From IMG/VR virus record IMGVR_UViG_2531839666_000032: a DNA stretch of 43,524 nt; one strand, given 5' to 3'. Source of the DNA: a virus. Its lineage: Duplodnaviria; Heunggongvirae; Uroviricota; Caudoviricetes. This document shows positions 1-14,352 of this stretch, one piece after another. The translations under genes and the position numbers were made by a program. The notes beneath the pieces are model-generated. The model was not told where the DNA came from. It was given only the letters and a program-made list of their open reading frames with translations, and did no database searches. How positions within the stretch are numbered: the stretch's first letter is position 1; every line of letters begins with the position of its first letter.

Positions 1-7
1 CATCCAA

Positions 8-40
8 CCGCAGCACGTTCTTGCTTAAGACGTGCTGCGG
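8..40 (-). terminator. Hairpin with 10-bp stem (CCGCAGCACG / CGTGCTGCGG, 13-nt loop) just downstream of tfa; possible end of the late operon
   Basis: Inverted repeat read directly; the downstream U-tract cannot be judged because the window ends. Confidence 0.3.
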
Positions 41-54
41 CATAATCCCAATGA

Positions 55-639
55 TTACTCCCTGACAGGGTTCGTAGGCCACTCAATATCAGGTGCAGTT
101 GATGTATCAACACGGTTCAGCAACACCCGATACTTTTTCCAGGCTTCCAGCAATGAGGTTTCTTCCTCCGTTGCGATTTCCAGATCTACAGCATCCTGAA
201 GTGGCGCAATATGCTCACTGGCTACCTGCATCAGGCTGTTTTTTGTTTCTTCCGCCTCTCGGATCCGGAACAGTTTTTCTGCTTCTGCATCTTTCACCCA
301 GGCTGTGCCGTTCCACTTCTGAAACTCCCCTTCCGGCGATAACCAGGTAACATTTTCCGGTAACGGACCGAGTTCAGAAATAAATAACGCGTCCCCTGAC
401 GCTACGTCATAAACCGTTTTACCCCGATGGTCTTCAACGAGATGCCACGATGCCTCATCACTGTTGAAAACAGCCACAAAGCCAGCAGGAATATCTGGTG
501 GTGCAATATCGGTACTGTTTGCTGGCAGACCTGTATGAGGCGGAATATATGCGTCACCTTCACCAATAAATTCATTAGTTCCGGCCAGCAGATTATAAAT
601 TTTTATGGTCCGTGCTTGTTCACTCATTCTGAATGCCAT
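55..639 (-). CDS. tfa: Tail fiber assembly protein Tfa
   Basis: 194-aa ORF beginning [54 protein letters not shown], near-identical to lambda Tfa as recalled. Confidence 0.9.
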   Translation of the reverse strand: MAFRMSEQARTIKIYNLLAGTNEFIGEGDAYIPPHTGLPANSTDIAPPDIPAGFVAVFNSDEASWHLVEDHRGKTVYDVASGDALFISELGPLPENVTWLSPEGEFQKWNGTAWVKDAEAEKLFRIREAEETKNSLMQVASEHIAPLQDAVDLEIATEEETSLLEAWKKYRVLLNRVDTSTAPDIEWPTNPVRE

Positions 640-3600
640 TATGCAAGCCTCACAATATAGTTAAATGCGATGTTTTTGACAGTGTTTTCCGCGTTACCAG
701 CAGCGTTAACGGTGATGGTGTGTCCATGTGAGCCAATCGCAACCGAGTGCGTATGAGCACCAATACCGACAGTATGTGCGTGTGCACCTGCAGATGCAGC
801 GGTGCCGCTGACACTATGAGTGTGCGCTCCTGCAGCACTTGTATTCACACTGGCCGCAGACACTACCTTATGTACTGACCCATTTTGTGACCACTGGCTG
901 ACTGCTGATGCGCCTGTGACACTATGAGTATGGTTTCCGGCACTTGCGGCTGTACCGCTCACACTGTGCGTATGCGCCCCGGTGTTATTCGTGGATTTAG
1001 TGCCGTAATCAAACGACGATGTGGTTTTCGTCCCCAAATCCGTACTGGATGCGCTGGCGCTGTGGGTGTGCGATTTAATGCCGTCCTGTTCCTGAGACAA
1101 TACGGCCCGACCACTGGCAGGTTTGCCCTTAATCGTCCAGCTACGCATATCAGGGATCAGGCCTGACGGATAAGCGGCTGCAAGTTTCGGGTATGCAGAT
1201 TTGTCAAAAGTCTGCCCCTGCATCAGGGCATAACCAGACGGAACGGTATCTGATGGCCACGGGATTGGTGCACCGACTGGATAAAACTCTGCAGGAGGAT
1301 GAGCCGAGGTGTAAAGCTGCGCCCACGGCGACCAGTTTGCGTCGGTCGTATCCCGTCGTGAACGAATAAATGCCGGAGCATGAGCACCGCTTGTACCACT
1401 CCAGCCGATGAGTAACTCACCTTCGCCAACGGCTGTCATCCCTTTCAGGTGAATGATATTTCCATACGTTGTTGGATATCCGTTGTTATACACCTCGTAT
1501 AACTCAAGACCTGCTGCCCCCTGCGTATTGTCTGTCAGCGCGGCTACCCGACCTTTTGAAGCCAGATTAACTGATGATACTGCTGTTCCACCTGACGGTA
1601 GCGCCCCGATCTCTGATGCCGTTGGCTTATTTCTGGAGTTATAGTCCCTTCGCCAGCCAGGTGAATAATCTGTTCCGTGATTAATATAGGTAAACAGGGC
1701 GTTGGTTGTTCCGCCACCGCTGGATGTGGTCGGAGTGGTAATGCGGATCGTCATCGCTGACTTTATCCCCATTACTTCAATGACAGCTCCGGCGAGATGA
1801 ATATTACCGCAGCCAGTATCAGTAATGATTTTATTATTGCCATAAGACCAGGAACCCTTGCACATCCAGTATGGATGGTTAAATGCTCCCTGAGAATCCA
1901 GCCACTCGATAAACTGTGCAGTCGTCCAGTTTCCTGTTGTTGTGCTTACTGACCCACCGAAGGCACGGCAGGCACCAATATTTTTCGTAAAGGTGTCTTT
2001 GCCAGGGATATCCGCACCGTTCTGATCTTTCTGCAGACGTTTCTCAGCATTGTCATTGGCTGCTTTTACTGCCTTTGGCGTTGCCGCCAGCGTTTCAGAC
2101 GTGCTGTTGGTCGTGCTGCTTAGTTGGACTATCCCTTTCTGTGCTGTCGTTGCATCCTGTGCTGTGTATTTCCCGTTAGCCAGGTCATACGCGGCCTTAA
2201 CTGCTTTTGGCGTTGCCGCCAGTGACTCGGAAGTGCTGTTGGTCGCACTGCTGAGCTGTACTATCCCCTTTTTCGTCGTGCTCGCATCCTCAAGCGCCAC
2301 GGCGGATGCAATATCCTCTGCCCGTTTTGCCGCTGTCTCAGCGCGCGTTGCTGCAGATTCCGCCGTACTTTTGCTCTGAGCTGCTGCCGTCGCACTACCA
2401 GCTGCCTCTGTCGCCTTTGTGGATGCCGTCGTGGCGCTGCCCTTCGCTGCTGACGCCTGTCTGGTCGCCTCATCTTTTGAAGCAGACGCCGATGATGCCG
2501 ATGACGCCGCCGAACTGGCGGACGATGCCGCTGCCGTTTTTGAGGATTCTGCACGGGTTTCCGACGCTTTCGCGTTCGTTTCGGATGTCTTCGCTGCGGA
2601 AGCTGACCTCGCTGCTGCCGTGGCCTGCTCAGTGGCTTCGCCAGCCTTCGTTGTGGCTGTTGAAGCGGATGATGCGGCGCTTTCTGCCGATTTTCCGGCG
2701 GCGGTGGCACTGGCTGAGGCCTGCCCGGCACTTGTTGACGCGGCACTGGCAGACGACGCAGCCGCTGTTTTTGAGCCTGCCGCAGCTGAGGCGCTCTGTC
2801 CCGCTGCCGTCTCAGAAGACCTGGCGTTCGTCTCGGACGTTTTTGCCGCCTTCGCGGAATTTCCTGCCGCCGTTGCCGAGGAAGCTGCGCTACTGGCGCT
2901 CAAGGATGCGTTCGTTTCTGATGATTTCGCTGCCTCTTTTGAGGCCGCCGCATCCCGGGCTGAGGTGGCAGCTTCTGACGCTTTCGTGATCGCGGTGGAT
3001 GCAGAAGTGGCGGCTGATTGTTCTGACGCTGCGGCATTCGTTTCTGACGTTTTCGCCGCACCGGCACTGGTAGCTGCCACGCTTTTTGAGGACTCTGCAG
3101 CGGCAGCACTTTTTGAGGCTTCAGTGGCCTTTGTTGATGCCGTTCCTGCGCTGGAAGACGCTGACTGAGCCGACGAAGCGGCCTGTCCGGCTGACGTGCT
3201 GGCTGCACGTGCTGAATCTGCAGCATCAGTCGCATGGGTTGCCGCCTCACGGGCAGATGTGCCGGCATCACTGGCTGACTTCTTCGCGGCTGCCGTGTTC
3301 TGTGCCACCACGGACGCGTTACGCGCTACCTCTTCCACCATCAGTTCAAAACGGCGCAGTGCCTCAGGACGGGCATCATCCTCCGTCATGGCACCGAGAA
3401 AATCATTCAGCGTACCGGGTCGGGAATCTTCATACACGGTGATGGTCCCGGCATGTGACGGCGGGAATCCTTCCACCAACAGAATAACGCTGTACTGACC
3501 GTACTCAACGTCCATGCTGTAACGCCCGGCTTCATCCGGATTTTCTGAGGCCAGCGTGTTCACCACCACCGTGGTGCTGTTACGTTTTGCTTTCAGCTGG

Positions 3601-3671
3601 ATTGTGCAGTTCTGTACCGGTTTTCCTGTGCCGTCTTTCAGTACACCTGAAATCTTTACTGCCATATTCAC
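639..3671 (-). CDS. stf: Side tail fiber protein Stf (1010 aa) with a long Ala/Ser/Thr-rich repetitive shaft and His-x-His repeats at the C-terminus
   Basis: N-terminus [29 protein letters not shown] and C-terminus [16 protein letters not shown] match lambda Stf; [24 protein letters not shown] motif occurs twice; GAHTHSV repeats. Confidence 0.9.
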   Translation of the reverse strand: MNMAVKISGVLKDGTGKPVQNCTIQLKAKRNSTTVVVNTLASENPDEAGRYSMDVEYGQYSVILLVEGFPPSHAGTITVYEDSRPGTLNDFLGAMTEDDARPEALRRFELMVEEVARNASVVAQNTAAAKKSASDAGTSAREAATHATDAADSARAASTSAGQAASSAQSASSSAGTASTKATEASKSAAAAESSKSVAATSAGAAKTSETNAAASEQSAATSASTAITKASEAATSARDAAASKEAAKSSETNASLSASSAASSATAAGNSAKAAKTSETNARSSETAAGQSASAAAGSKTAAASSASAASTSAGQASASATAAGKSAESAASSASTATTKAGEATEQATAAARSASAAKTSETNAKASETRAESSKTAAASSASSAASSASSASASKDEATRQASAAKGSATTASTKATEAAGSATAAAQSKSTAESAATRAETAAKRAEDIASAVALEDASTTKKGIVQLSSATNSTSESLAATPKAVKAAYDLANGKYTAQDATTAQKGIVQLSSTTNSTSETLAATPKAVKAANDNAEKRLQKDQNGADIPGKDTFTKNIGACRAFGGSVSTTTGNWTTAQFIEWLDSQGAFNHPYWMCKGSWSYGNNKIITDTGCGNIHLAGAVIEVMGIKSAMTIRITTPTTSSGGGTTNALFTYINHGTDYSPGWRRDYNSRNKPTASEIGALPSGGTAVSSVNLASKGRVAALTDNTQGAAGLELYEVYNNGYPTTYGNIIHLKGMTAVGEGELLIGWSGTSGAHAPAFIRSRRDTTDANWSPWAQLYTSAHPPAEFYPVGAPIPWPSDTVPSGYALMQGQTFDKSAYPKLAAAYPSGLIPDMRSWTIKGKPASGRAVLSQEQDGIKSHTHSASASSTDLGTKTTSSFDYGTKSTNNTGAHTHSVSGTAASAGNHTHSVTGASAVSQWSQNGSVHKVVSAASVNTSAAGAHTHSVSGTAASAGAHAHTVGIGAHTHSVAIGSHGHTITVNAAGNAENTVKNIAFNYIVRLA
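2050..3300. repeat. Low-complexity degenerate tandem repeats encoding the Stf shaft
   Basis: Recurrent GCNGCNTCNGANGC-type units; spurious long ORFs appear in several frames on the opposite strand. Confidence 0.6.
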
Positions 3672-3729
3672 CCCACAAAAAAGCCCGCCTGAACCGGCGG
3701 GCTGTCATAACACTGTGTTACCTGGCTAA

Positions 3730-4329
3730 TCAGAACTTATAACCGACACCCATGATGAAACCGTCAGTGCGCCAGTCGCCACTGCCGGAGCCTTCATAAG
3801 CAATATCAATGGCCACGGATTCGGTCGGGTTAAACTGCACGCCAGCTCCCCACGCCAGAGACGTGTTGCTGTGGCGACCGTCATCACTTCCGGTCAGCAC
3901 GTCGTGCGTTTTCCCCTTGTTGTCAGTTACGCGGAGATAATCCCCGGAGAAAGTCGACACACGGCTGTAAGCCACACCCGCCATCGCATACGCGCTGAAC
4001 CATTCATTCACGCGCACAGACGGCCCCACCATCACGCTGAACCAGCGGTTACGAACGGAATCTTCATGCCAGCGGGTATCGCTGTAACGGGTCAGCTGGC
4101 GATTCTTGTCTCCTGCATAGCTGAATGACGTCACCAGCCCCAGTGTGTCCGTAAACTCATAACGGTATTTCACGTTAATCCCGTTCAGATCATCGCTGCC
4201 GGGAACGTTCGTCGAGGCATGAAGATACCCCGCGCTCAGCGTGGACTGATGTTCAGACGCCCATGCAGGCGCACCGGATACGGCCAGACAAATGGCTGCG
4301 GACAAAATGGCGGCATAAAGTTTACGCAT
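3730..4329 (-). CDS. lom: Outer membrane beta-barrel protein of the Lom/Ail/PagC family
   Basis: 199 aa, signal peptide MRKLYAAILSAAICLAVSGAPAWA, C-terminal YEGSGSGDWRTDGFIMGVGYKF; sits between J and stf as in lambda but is divergent from lambda Lom in the N-terminal two thirds. Confidence 0.85.
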   Translation of the reverse strand: MRKLYAAILSAAICLAVSGAPAWASEHQSTLSAGYLHASTNVPGSDDLNGINVKYRYEFTDTLGLVTSFSYAGDKNRQLTRYSDTRWHEDSVRNRWFSVMVGPSVRVNEWFSAYAMAGVAYSRVSTFSGDYLRVTDNKGKTHDVLTGSDDGRHSNTSLAWGAGVQFNPTESVAIDIAYEGSGSGDWRTDGFIMGVGYKF

Positions 4330-4395
4330 AATTACCTCTCGCTTTTCTGCAATAAAAAAGGCGTCATTTCTGACGCCCGTTATGGGTTATAAAAT

Positions 4396-7797
<3,402 letters not shown>

Positions 7798-7854
7798 TCA
7801 TGCTCCATAAACGATAAAACCGCCCGGAGGCGGTTTCACATAAAACATTTTGCA

Positions 7855-8526
7855 TCAGCGACCAATCACCACAACCTGACCACCATCCCCTTCGTCTGCC
7901 GTGCTGATCTCCTGAGAAACCACGCGTGACCCCACGCGCATTTCACCGTACAGAACCGGCAGAACATTGCCCTGGGCAACCATGTTATCCAGTGAGGAGA
8001 AATAGGTGTTCTGTTTGCCGTTATCCGTTGTCTGTGTACGGGGAGTTCTGGCTTTCGGTGCCAGCATCTGCGCCACACCACCGAGCACCATACTGGCACC
8101 GAGAGAAAACAGGATGCCGGTCATACCTCCGGCCCCAATGGCTGCCCCCCATGCTGCAAGGGTGGCTCCGGCGGTAAAGAATGATCCGGCAATGGCGGCA
8201 GCCCCCAGGACAATCTGGAATATGCCACCTGACTTGGCCCCGGCGACTCTGGGAACAATATGAATCACAGCGCCATCAGGCAGAGTCTCATGTAACTGCG
8301 CCGTTAACCCGGACGTGCTGACGTCCCGCCCGGCAATCCGTACCTGATACCAGCCGTCGCTCAGTTTCTGACGAAACACCGGGAGCTGTGTGGCCAGTGC
8401 GCGGATGGCTTCAGCCCCCGTTTTCACACGAAGGTCGATGCGGCGGCCAAATCGTTGCAAATCCCCGTAAAGGCAGATGCGCGCCATGCCCGATGACGCC
8501 AGAGGGAGTGTGTGCGTCGCTGCCAT
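7855..8526 (-). CDS. I: Tail tip assembly protein I
   Basis: 223 aa; overlaps the K 3' end by about 100 nt as in lambda. Confidence 0.9.
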   Translation of the reverse strand: MAATHTLPLASSGMARICLYGDLQRFGRRIDLRVKTGAEAIRALATQLPVFRQKLSDGWYQVRIAGRDVSTSGLTAQLHETLPDGAVIHIVPRVAGAKSGGIFQIVLGAAAIAGSFFTAGATLAAWGAAIGAGGMTGILFSLGASMVLGGVAQMLAPKARTPRTQTTDNGKQNTYFSSLDNMVAQGNVLPVLYGEMRVGSRVVSQEISTADEGDGGQVVVIGR

Positions 8527-9167
8527 TTGTCGGTATACCTCTCTCGTTTGCTCAGTTGTTCAGGAATATGGTGCAGCAGCTCGCCATCACCACAGTAAAT
8601 GGCGGCATGATTCGGCACCGATGAACCAAAACAGCACAGCAGCACATCGCCCGGTTGTGCTGATGACAACGGCACCTGATACAGCCCTGTGGCCTCCAGA
8701 TTATCCAGATAGAGATTCTGACCGTGACGCCACCAGTCATCCTCGCGATGAAAATCCGGCATCTCAATCCCCGCCAGATGATAAGCATCCCGGAACAGCG
8801 TGTAACAGTCCGTCACCCCGTGCTCAAAGCGCCGCCCGGTGAGATGCGGCACACAGCGGAACTTATGAATCGTCCCCCGGCAGACCAGCCACCACGGCAA
8901 ATCACTCTGCACCTGCAGCCGCCGGTCGGCCTCACTCAGCCAGGGCAGACCACCGGGGTGGCTGTGGACCAGCGCCACAATCTCACCCTGCATTTCTGCC
9001 TGCAGCCAGTCTTCCGGCGACATACGGAAATACGCCTCCGGCTCACCGGAGATATTCACGCAGGGGAAATATCTTTCCCCCTCCGGCGTGCTTACCACGA
9101 AGCCGCACGACTCCGCTGGCGCACATCGCCGGGCGTGCGCCAGAATCGCTGATTCTGTCTGTGTCAT
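8424..9167 (-). CDS. K: Tail tip assembly protein K (JAB/MPN plus NlpC/P60-like)
   Basis: HSHPGG metal-binding motif; ORF starts 5 nt after L; lambda annotation uses the internal Met giving 199 aa. Confidence 0.85.
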   Translation of the reverse strand: MTQTESAILAHARRCAPAESCGFVVSTPEGERYFPCVNISGEPEAYFRMSPEDWLQAEMQGEIVALVHSHPGGLPWLSEADRRLQVQSDLPWWLVCRGTIHKFRCVPHLTGRRFEHGVTDCYTLFRDAYHLAGIEMPDFHREDDWWRHGQNLYLDNLEATGLYQVPLSSAQPGDVLLCCFGSSVPNHAAIYCGDGELLHHIPEQLSKRERYTDKWQRRTHSLWRHRAWRASAFTGICNDLAAASTFV

Positions 9168-9172
9168 GGGAT

Positions 9173-9871
9173 TTACTGCGAAAGTTTGTTAATGGAAAGG
9201 AAGCCGCCAAAGTTGCCGACGTTATTGCGGAACTTACAACCGCTCAGGCATTTGCTGCATTTATCCTTCGTGATATCGGACGTCGGCTGGTCATATTCAT
9301 CCGCGACCGCCGGACCGTGATAACCGCACTCATCGCCGCGATAGGTCCAGGTGCAGGTGTTGGCCAGCATGATACGTCCCGGAAAAACAGCGCCATCCGT
9401 TTCCGTCGGCGTGGACAGTACAAAGGAGGCACTCACCGCGCTCAGTTCGCTGCACTGCTCGATGCGCCAGCGGCTGATCACCTCCTGCTCCGGATCGGCG
9501 TCGCTGTTTCCGTTGACGAAGTTCACCGCATCCAGAAAACGGGCGTAAACCTTACGCCGGACCACCGTTCCGCCGACCAAACTCTGCAGATCTTCCGCCA
9601 TCCCGGTGACCATACCGTACAGGTTAGAAACCGTCAGCGTGGGGCGCGTACTGGTGCCTTTGCCATTCAGTTCAAGACCACTCCCCTGAATGGGATATGG
9701 CTGATACTGTCGCCCCTGCCAGGTGACCGGCTCACCTTTTTCGTTCTGCTCATTACAGAAAAAATAACGTTCTCCACCGACCTCTGTCAGGTCGATTTCC
9801 CATAGCACCACGCTGGCCGACTGCTCCGCACGGGTGCATTCATTCAGTGTTTCCTGCCGGATATCCTGCAT
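9173..9871 (-). CDS. L: Tail tip protein L
   Basis: 232 aa, MQDIRQETLNECTRAEQSASVVLWEIDLTEVGGERYFFCNEQNEKGEPVTWQGRQYQPYPIQG. Confidence 0.9.
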   Translation of the reverse strand: MQDIRQETLNECTRAEQSASVVLWEIDLTEVGGERYFFCNEQNEKGEPVTWQGRQYQPYPIQGSGLELNGKGTSTRPTLTVSNLYGMVTGMAEDLQSLVGGTVVRRKVYARFLDAVNFVNGNSDADPEQEVISRWRIEQCSELSAVSASFVLSTPTETDGAVFPGRIMLANTCTWTYRGDECGYHGPAVADEYDQPTSDITKDKCSKCLSGCKFRNNVGNFGGFLSINKLSQ

Positions 9872-10200
9872 CAGTTCACCACCTGTTCAAACTCTGCGCT
9901 GAACTCAACACGCAGCATACTGACCCGCGACGACCATTTTGCGCAGGTCACCTTTATCTGCCGCCACTCATAAGGCGGCGTCCACAGAAAGGCTTTCCAG
10001 CCCCCGTGCTCTTCCAGAAACGACTCCAGTACCGTGGCCTCCTCACGGGGGACAGAAAGCGTCACGCTGTACGTTTTCAGGTTGGCATTCAGCCCGGCAG
10101 GCGCTCGCTGGGAATAGCCATCACCAAAGCGCACCTTTCTTACAGAAGGGGACGAAGCCACATCCATACCGGGTTTCACTTTCCAGCGGAAGGTTTTCAT
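9871..10200 (-). CDS. M: Tail tip protein M
   Basis: 109 aa; ATGA-type overlaps with L and H. Confidence 0.9.
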   Translation of the reverse strand: MKTFRWKVKPGMDVASSPSVRKVRFGDGYSQRAPAGLNANLKTYSVTLSVPREEATVLESFLEEHGGWKAFLWTPPYEWRQIKVTCAKWSSRVSMLRVEFSAEFEQVVN

Positions 10201-12758
10201 CGTCCACCTCCGGAGAACAGACCACCATCGCGCATCTGCCCGGTCACAACATCCATTGCCGCCTTACGGGCTACGTCATAAACAGCCTTCAGTGCCTGTG
10301 GCCCTATCTGACCGTTCGTGCCGTCGTTGTTAATCACCACATGGTTATTCTGCTCAAACGTCCCGGACGCCTGCGACCGGCTGTCAGCCAGACTGCCCGG
10401 TGTACCGACATAACCACCGGTGGCATAGCCGCGCATCAGCCGGTAGAGATTCCCCACGCCAATCCGGCTGGTTGCCTCCTTCGTGAAGACAAATTCACCA
10501 CGGTGAACAATCCCCGCTGGCTCATATTTGCCGCCGGTTCCTGTGAATCCTCCGGTTGCAAAATGGAATTTCGCCGCAGCGGCCTGAATGGCTGTACCGC
10601 CTGACGCGGATGCGCCGCCACCAACAGCCCCGCCAATGGCGCTGCCGATACTCCCGACAATCCCCACCATTGCCTGCTTAAGCAGAATTTCTGTCATCAT
10701 GGACAGCACGGAACGGGTGAAGCTGCGCCAGTTCTGCTCACTGCCGGTCAGCATCGCTGCCATATTCTGTGCAATACCATCAAAGGTCTGCGTGGCTGCA
10801 CTTTTTACCTGCGACATACTGTCCGTGGCGCTCTCTTCCCACTCACTCCAGCCGGACTTCAGGCCTGCCATCCAGCTCCCGCGAAGCTGGTCTTCAGCCG
10901 CCCAGGTCTTTTTCTGCTCTGACATGACGTTATTCAGCGCCAGCGGATTATCGCCATACTGTTCCTTCAGGCGCTGTTCCGTGGCTTCCCGTTCTGCCTG
11001 CCGGTCAGTCAGCCCCCGGCTTTTCGCATCAATGGCGGCCCGTTTTGCCCGTTGCTGCTGTGCGAATTTATCCGCCTGCTGCGCCAGCGCGTTCAGGCGC
11101 TCCTGATACGTAACCTTGTCGCCAAGTGCAGCCAGCTGGCGTTTGTACTCCAGCGTCTCATCTTTATGCGCCAGCAGGGATTTCTCCTGTGCAGACAGCT
11201 GGCGACGTTGCGCCGCCTCCTCCAGTACCGCGAACTGACTCTCCGCCTTCCACAAATCCCGGCGCTGCTGGCTGATTTTCTCATTTGCTCCGGCATGCTT
11301 CTCCAGCGTCCGGAGTTCAGCCTGAAGCGTCAGCAGGGCAGCATGAGCACTGTCTTCCTGACGATCGCCCGCAGACACCTTCACGCCGGACTGTTTCGGC
11401 TTTTTCAGCGTCGCTTCATAGTCCTTTTTCGCCGCCGCCATCAGCGTGTTGTAATCTGCCTGCAGAATTTTCCCGTCCTTCAGTGCCTTGTTCAGTTCTT
11501 CCTGACGGGCGGTATATTTCTCCAGCGGCGTCTGCAGCCGTTCGTAAGCCTTCTGCGCCTCTTCGGTATATTTCAGCCGTGACGCTTCAGTATCGCTCTG
11601 CTGCTGCGCATTTTTGTCCTGTTGACTCTGCTGTTCAGCCTTCTTTCTGGCGGCTTCAAGCGCAAGACGGGCCTTTTCACGATCATCCCAGTAACGCGCC
11701 CGCGCTTCATCGTTAACAAAATAATCATCCTTGCGCAGACTCCAGATGTCGTCCGCTTTCTTAAACGCAGCCTCTGCCTTAATCAGCATCTCCTGCGCGG
11801 TATCAGGACGACCAATATCCAGCACCGCATCCCACATGGATTTGAATGCCCGCGCTGTCCTGTCTGCCCAGGTCTCCAGCGTACCCATGTTCTCTTTCAG
11901 GCGGCGGGTCTGGTCATCAACCCCTTTCGTCGCGGCCTCGTTCGCCGCCTGCAATGCCCCGGCTTCATCGCCGGAACGCTGCAACTGAGCAACATACGCA
12001 ATCTGCTCCGCCGTCACGTTATGGAACTGGCGTGCCATCGCTGTCAGCCCTGACGTCGGGTCTGTGGTCAGCTTCCCGAAGGCTTCAGCGACCTTGTCCA
12101 CCTCCACGCCGGATGCAGAGGAGAAACGCGCCACACTCTGGCTGATGGATGCAATCTGAGCCTCACCGCTTACCCCCGCCTTAACCAGTGCGCTGAGTGA
12201 CTCGCTGGTCTGGTTAAACGTCAGCCCTGCCGCCTGCCCGGCTCTGGACAGGACCAGCATACGATCTGCCGTCAGCCCCGACTGATTGCCGGAAAGGACC
12301 AGCGTTTTGTTGAAATCGGACAGGGTTGAGTTGCCCTGATACCAGGCATACGCCAGCGCACCGGTCGCCACCGCCAGCGAGGTGGCCCCCACCATCGGCA
12401 GGGTGATCGCACCGGCAAGCCCCCTGAACATGGGGATCATCCCGCCGAAGGAGTCCTTAACCTGACCACCCTGTTGCAGCAGGATCAGCCACGGACTTTG
12501 CCCGCCTGCAAGCTGCGTGGCCACGTCGGTGAACTGTGCAGGCAGCATACGCATGGCGGCTTTATACTGCCCGACGGAAATCCCCGCTTTCTGTGCAGCC
12601 AGCGCCTGTCGGCTCAGCGACTGTTCAACGACTGCCGCTGTTTTTTTCGCATCACTTTCCGTACCGGAAAAATGACGCCTGACTCTGGCCATCTGCTCGT
12701 CAAATCTGGCCGCATCCAGACTCAAATCAACGACCAGATCGCCTACCGGTTCAGCCAT
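10197..12758 (-). CDS. H: Tail tape measure protein H
   Basis: 853 aa, same length as lambda H; coiled-coil-rich centre and Gly-rich C-terminus. Confidence 0.95.
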   Translation of the reverse strand: MAEPVGDLVVDLSLDAARFDEQMARVRRHFSGTESDAKKTAAVVEQSLSRQALAAQKAGISVGQYKAAMRMLPAQFTDVATQLAGGQSPWLILLQQGGQVKDSFGGMIPMFRGLAGAITLPMVGATSLAVATGALAYAWYQGNSTLSDFNKTLVLSGNQSGLTADRMLVLSRAGQAAGLTFNQTSESLSALVKAGVSGEAQIASISQSVARFSSASGVEVDKVAEAFGKLTTDPTSGLTAMARQFHNVTAEQIAYVAQLQRSGDEAGALQAANEAATKGVDDQTRRLKENMGTLETWADRTARAFKSMWDAVLDIGRPDTAQEMLIKAEAAFKKADDIWSLRKDDYFVNDEARARYWDDREKARLALEAARKKAEQQSQQDKNAQQQSDTEASRLKYTEEAQKAYERLQTPLEKYTARQEELNKALKDGKILQADYNTLMAAAKKDYEATLKKPKQSGVKVSAGDRQEDSAHAALLTLQAELRTLEKHAGANEKISQQRRDLWKAESQFAVLEEAAQRRQLSAQEKSLLAHKDETLEYKRQLAALGDKVTYQERLNALAQQADKFAQQQRAKRAAIDAKSRGLTDRQAEREATEQRLKEQYGDNPLALNNVMSEQKKTWAAEDQLRGSWMAGLKSGWSEWEESATDSMSQVKSAATQTFDGIAQNMAAMLTGSEQNWRSFTRSVLSMMTEILLKQAMVGIVGSIGSAIGGAVGGGASASGGTAIQAAAAKFHFATGGFTGTGGKYEPAGIVHRGEFVFTKEATSRIGVGNLYRLMRGYATGGYVGTPGSLADSRSQASGTFEQNNHVVINNDGTNGQIGPQALKAVYDVARKAAMDVVTGQMRDGGLFSGGGR

Positions 12759-13185
12759 ACCGGACTCCTCCTGCGATCCCTTCTGATACTGTCATCAGCA
12801 TTACGTCATCCTCCGTCATGTCCGCCACATCCGGGGAAGTAGGGATAACTTCATTCCCGTCCGGGCCAAAGCGGACACCTCCGGCAAGCCCTGCCGCTTT
12901 CTGCATCAGCACATCATCTTCAGGCTCTTCGTCAGCCTCGCGCCGGTTCAGCAGACTGAAATCCAGCGGATGCATATCCGGATCGCTGAAAAACAGGCTG
13001 AGCACGGTGTATGTCAGCCCGGAAAAGTGCATATCCAGCAGAACATCATGAAAATAATGGGTACTGTAAAAGCGGTGCCAGTCGGCATACTCCGTGGATG
13101 ACATCCCGGCAAGCATGGCGCGCCAGTCGGGTCGCCCCATCTCACGCGCCAGTTTCAGGGCAAAACTCAGCTCACCGTCGAACAC
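12751..13185 (-). CDS. T: T reading frame of the G-T tail assembly chaperone, expressed by -1 frameshift from G
   Basis: ORF in the -1 frame relative to G overlapping the G 3' end; slippery GGGAAAG present. Confidence 0.8.
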   Translation of the reverse strand: MFDGELSFALKLAREMGRPDWRAMLAGMSSTEYADWHRFYSTHYFHDVLLDMHFSGLTYTVLSLFFSDPDMHPLDFSLLNRREADEEPEDDVLMQKAAGLAGGVRFGPDGNEVIPTSPDVADMTEDDVMLMTVSEGIAGGVRYG

Positions 13186-13589
13186 TTTCCCGCAGAAACA
13201 GGCTCTGTAGGCCCGGCGTCATCTGCCTGTTCAGGGGCATTATTCACCACAAACTCAGACATTCCGGACAGACGTAACACCACGTTTTCAGCCTGAGCAA
13301 TTGCCTCCGTGGGCCAGGTGGTAAGCACTTCCTGCTCAATCTGCGTAATGGCTTCATTCATGGACGGCAGCTTTGTCTTCTGCGGATGGTTATGCCACAG
13401 AGACATCGCCACCAGAAACGCCCCGCCTCTGATAAGATCCTCTACAGACACCTGCAGGTTGCCACTGGATTCAGCCTTTTTTTCCTGCTCTTTCAACCAG
13501 GCGAGATGCTCAATACGCTGCAGGGCTGACAGTTCAGAAAGCGTGACGGTCACGCCGTTATATTCAAATGATTCGGTTTTCAGGAACAT
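13167..13589 (-). CDS. G: Tail assembly chaperone G
   Basis: 140 aa, MFLKTESFEYNGVTVTLSELSALQRIEHLAWLKEQEKK. Confidence 0.9.
   Translation of the reverse strand: MFLKTESFEYNGVTVTLSELSALQRIEHLAWLKEQEKKAESSGNLQVSVEDLIRGGAFLVAMSLWHNHPQKTKLPSMNEAITQIEQEVLTTWPTEAIAQAENVVLRLSGMSEFVVNNAPEQADDAGPTEPVSAGKCSTVS
13185..13191 (-). promoter_or_regulatory. Programmed -1 ribosomal frameshift slippery heptamer G GGA AAG (G to G-T)
   Basis: Plus-strand CTTTCCC at 13185-13191 is the reverse complement of GGGAAAG, located at the G/T junction. Confidence 0.75.
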
Positions 13590-13604
13590 CGCTGACTCTC
13601 CGGA

Positions 13605-14345
13605 TTAACTGGCGGTGACGGTGATTTCTGCAACCGCAGCAAACTCACCATTACTGGATACAACCGGAATGTTGACCTTGCCTGCAGCAACGCCGTTCAC
13701 GGTGATGGTCATACCACTGACCGACACGGTGGCTTTTGTTTTATCCGCAGACACCGCACGGAAGCTCTTGTCGGTTACACCTTCCGGCTGGAATGCCACG
13801 GTCAGCGTGGTGCTCTGCCCTTTCACTACGGAAGCACTGGCTGGCGTTACCGTCATGCCGGTTGCTGCCGTCACCGTACTGCGATCTTCAGCCATCGACG
13901 GGCGTCCCACATTGGTGACCTTCACCGTGCGGGTGATCACTTCCTTCGCCGTCACCGCTTTACCGATACTGCTGACCCAGCCACGGAACACATCGACCGT
14001 GCCGTTCGGGAAGCGGATTTTATAGGCACGGGTATCACCTTCATTAAACCACGCCAGCAGCGCCTGCTGCCCCTGCTCTCCGGGCATCCACGCCAGCGTG
14101 AAGCTGGTATCTCCGGCAGATTTCTGCCCCTGCCCGGTCGCAGTCCAGTCCGCATCTTCATCATCGAGATAGCTGTCGTCATAGGACTCAGCGGTCAGTT
14201 CGCCGGGTGTCAGGTCTTTAACTTTTGCCAGACGCGACCAGTCAACGTCTGAAAGCGGGTTCGCATAAGGGTCACCGTTCCCCTTATAAACCCACAGTGT
14301 GGTCCCGGCACCTTTCACCGGCATTGTTGGATTTGGTACAGGCAT
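13605..14345 (-). CDS. V: Major tail tube protein V
   Basis: 246 aa from [22 protein letters not shown]; Ig-like C-terminal domain; the ORF track extends 10 codons upstream. Confidence 0.9.
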   Translation of the reverse strand: MPVPNPTMPVKGAGTTLWVYKGNGDPYANPLSDVDWSRLAKVKDLTPGELTAESYDDSYLDDEDADWTATGQGQKSAGDTSFTLAWMPGEQGQQALLAWFNEGDTRAYKIRFPNGTVDVFRGWVSSIGKAVTAKEVITRTVKVTNVGRPSMAEDRSTVTAATGMTVTPASASVVKGQSTTLTVAFQPEGVTDKSFRAVSADKTKATVSVSGMTITVNGVAAGKVNIPVVSSNGEFAAVAEITVTAS

Positions 14346-14352
14346 AGCGTCC

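Noticed and set aside
2050-3498. Several 100-250-aa ORFs on both strands inside the stf repeat region
   Set aside because: Artefacts of the repetitive Ala/Ser/Thr-coding DNA, which stays open in multiple frames; the Stf frame is the only one with lambda-like termini.
10588-12145. Series of 140-176-aa plus-strand ORFs
   Set aside because: All lie antisense to the tape measure gene H and have Arg/Leu/Ser-rich low-complexity translations.
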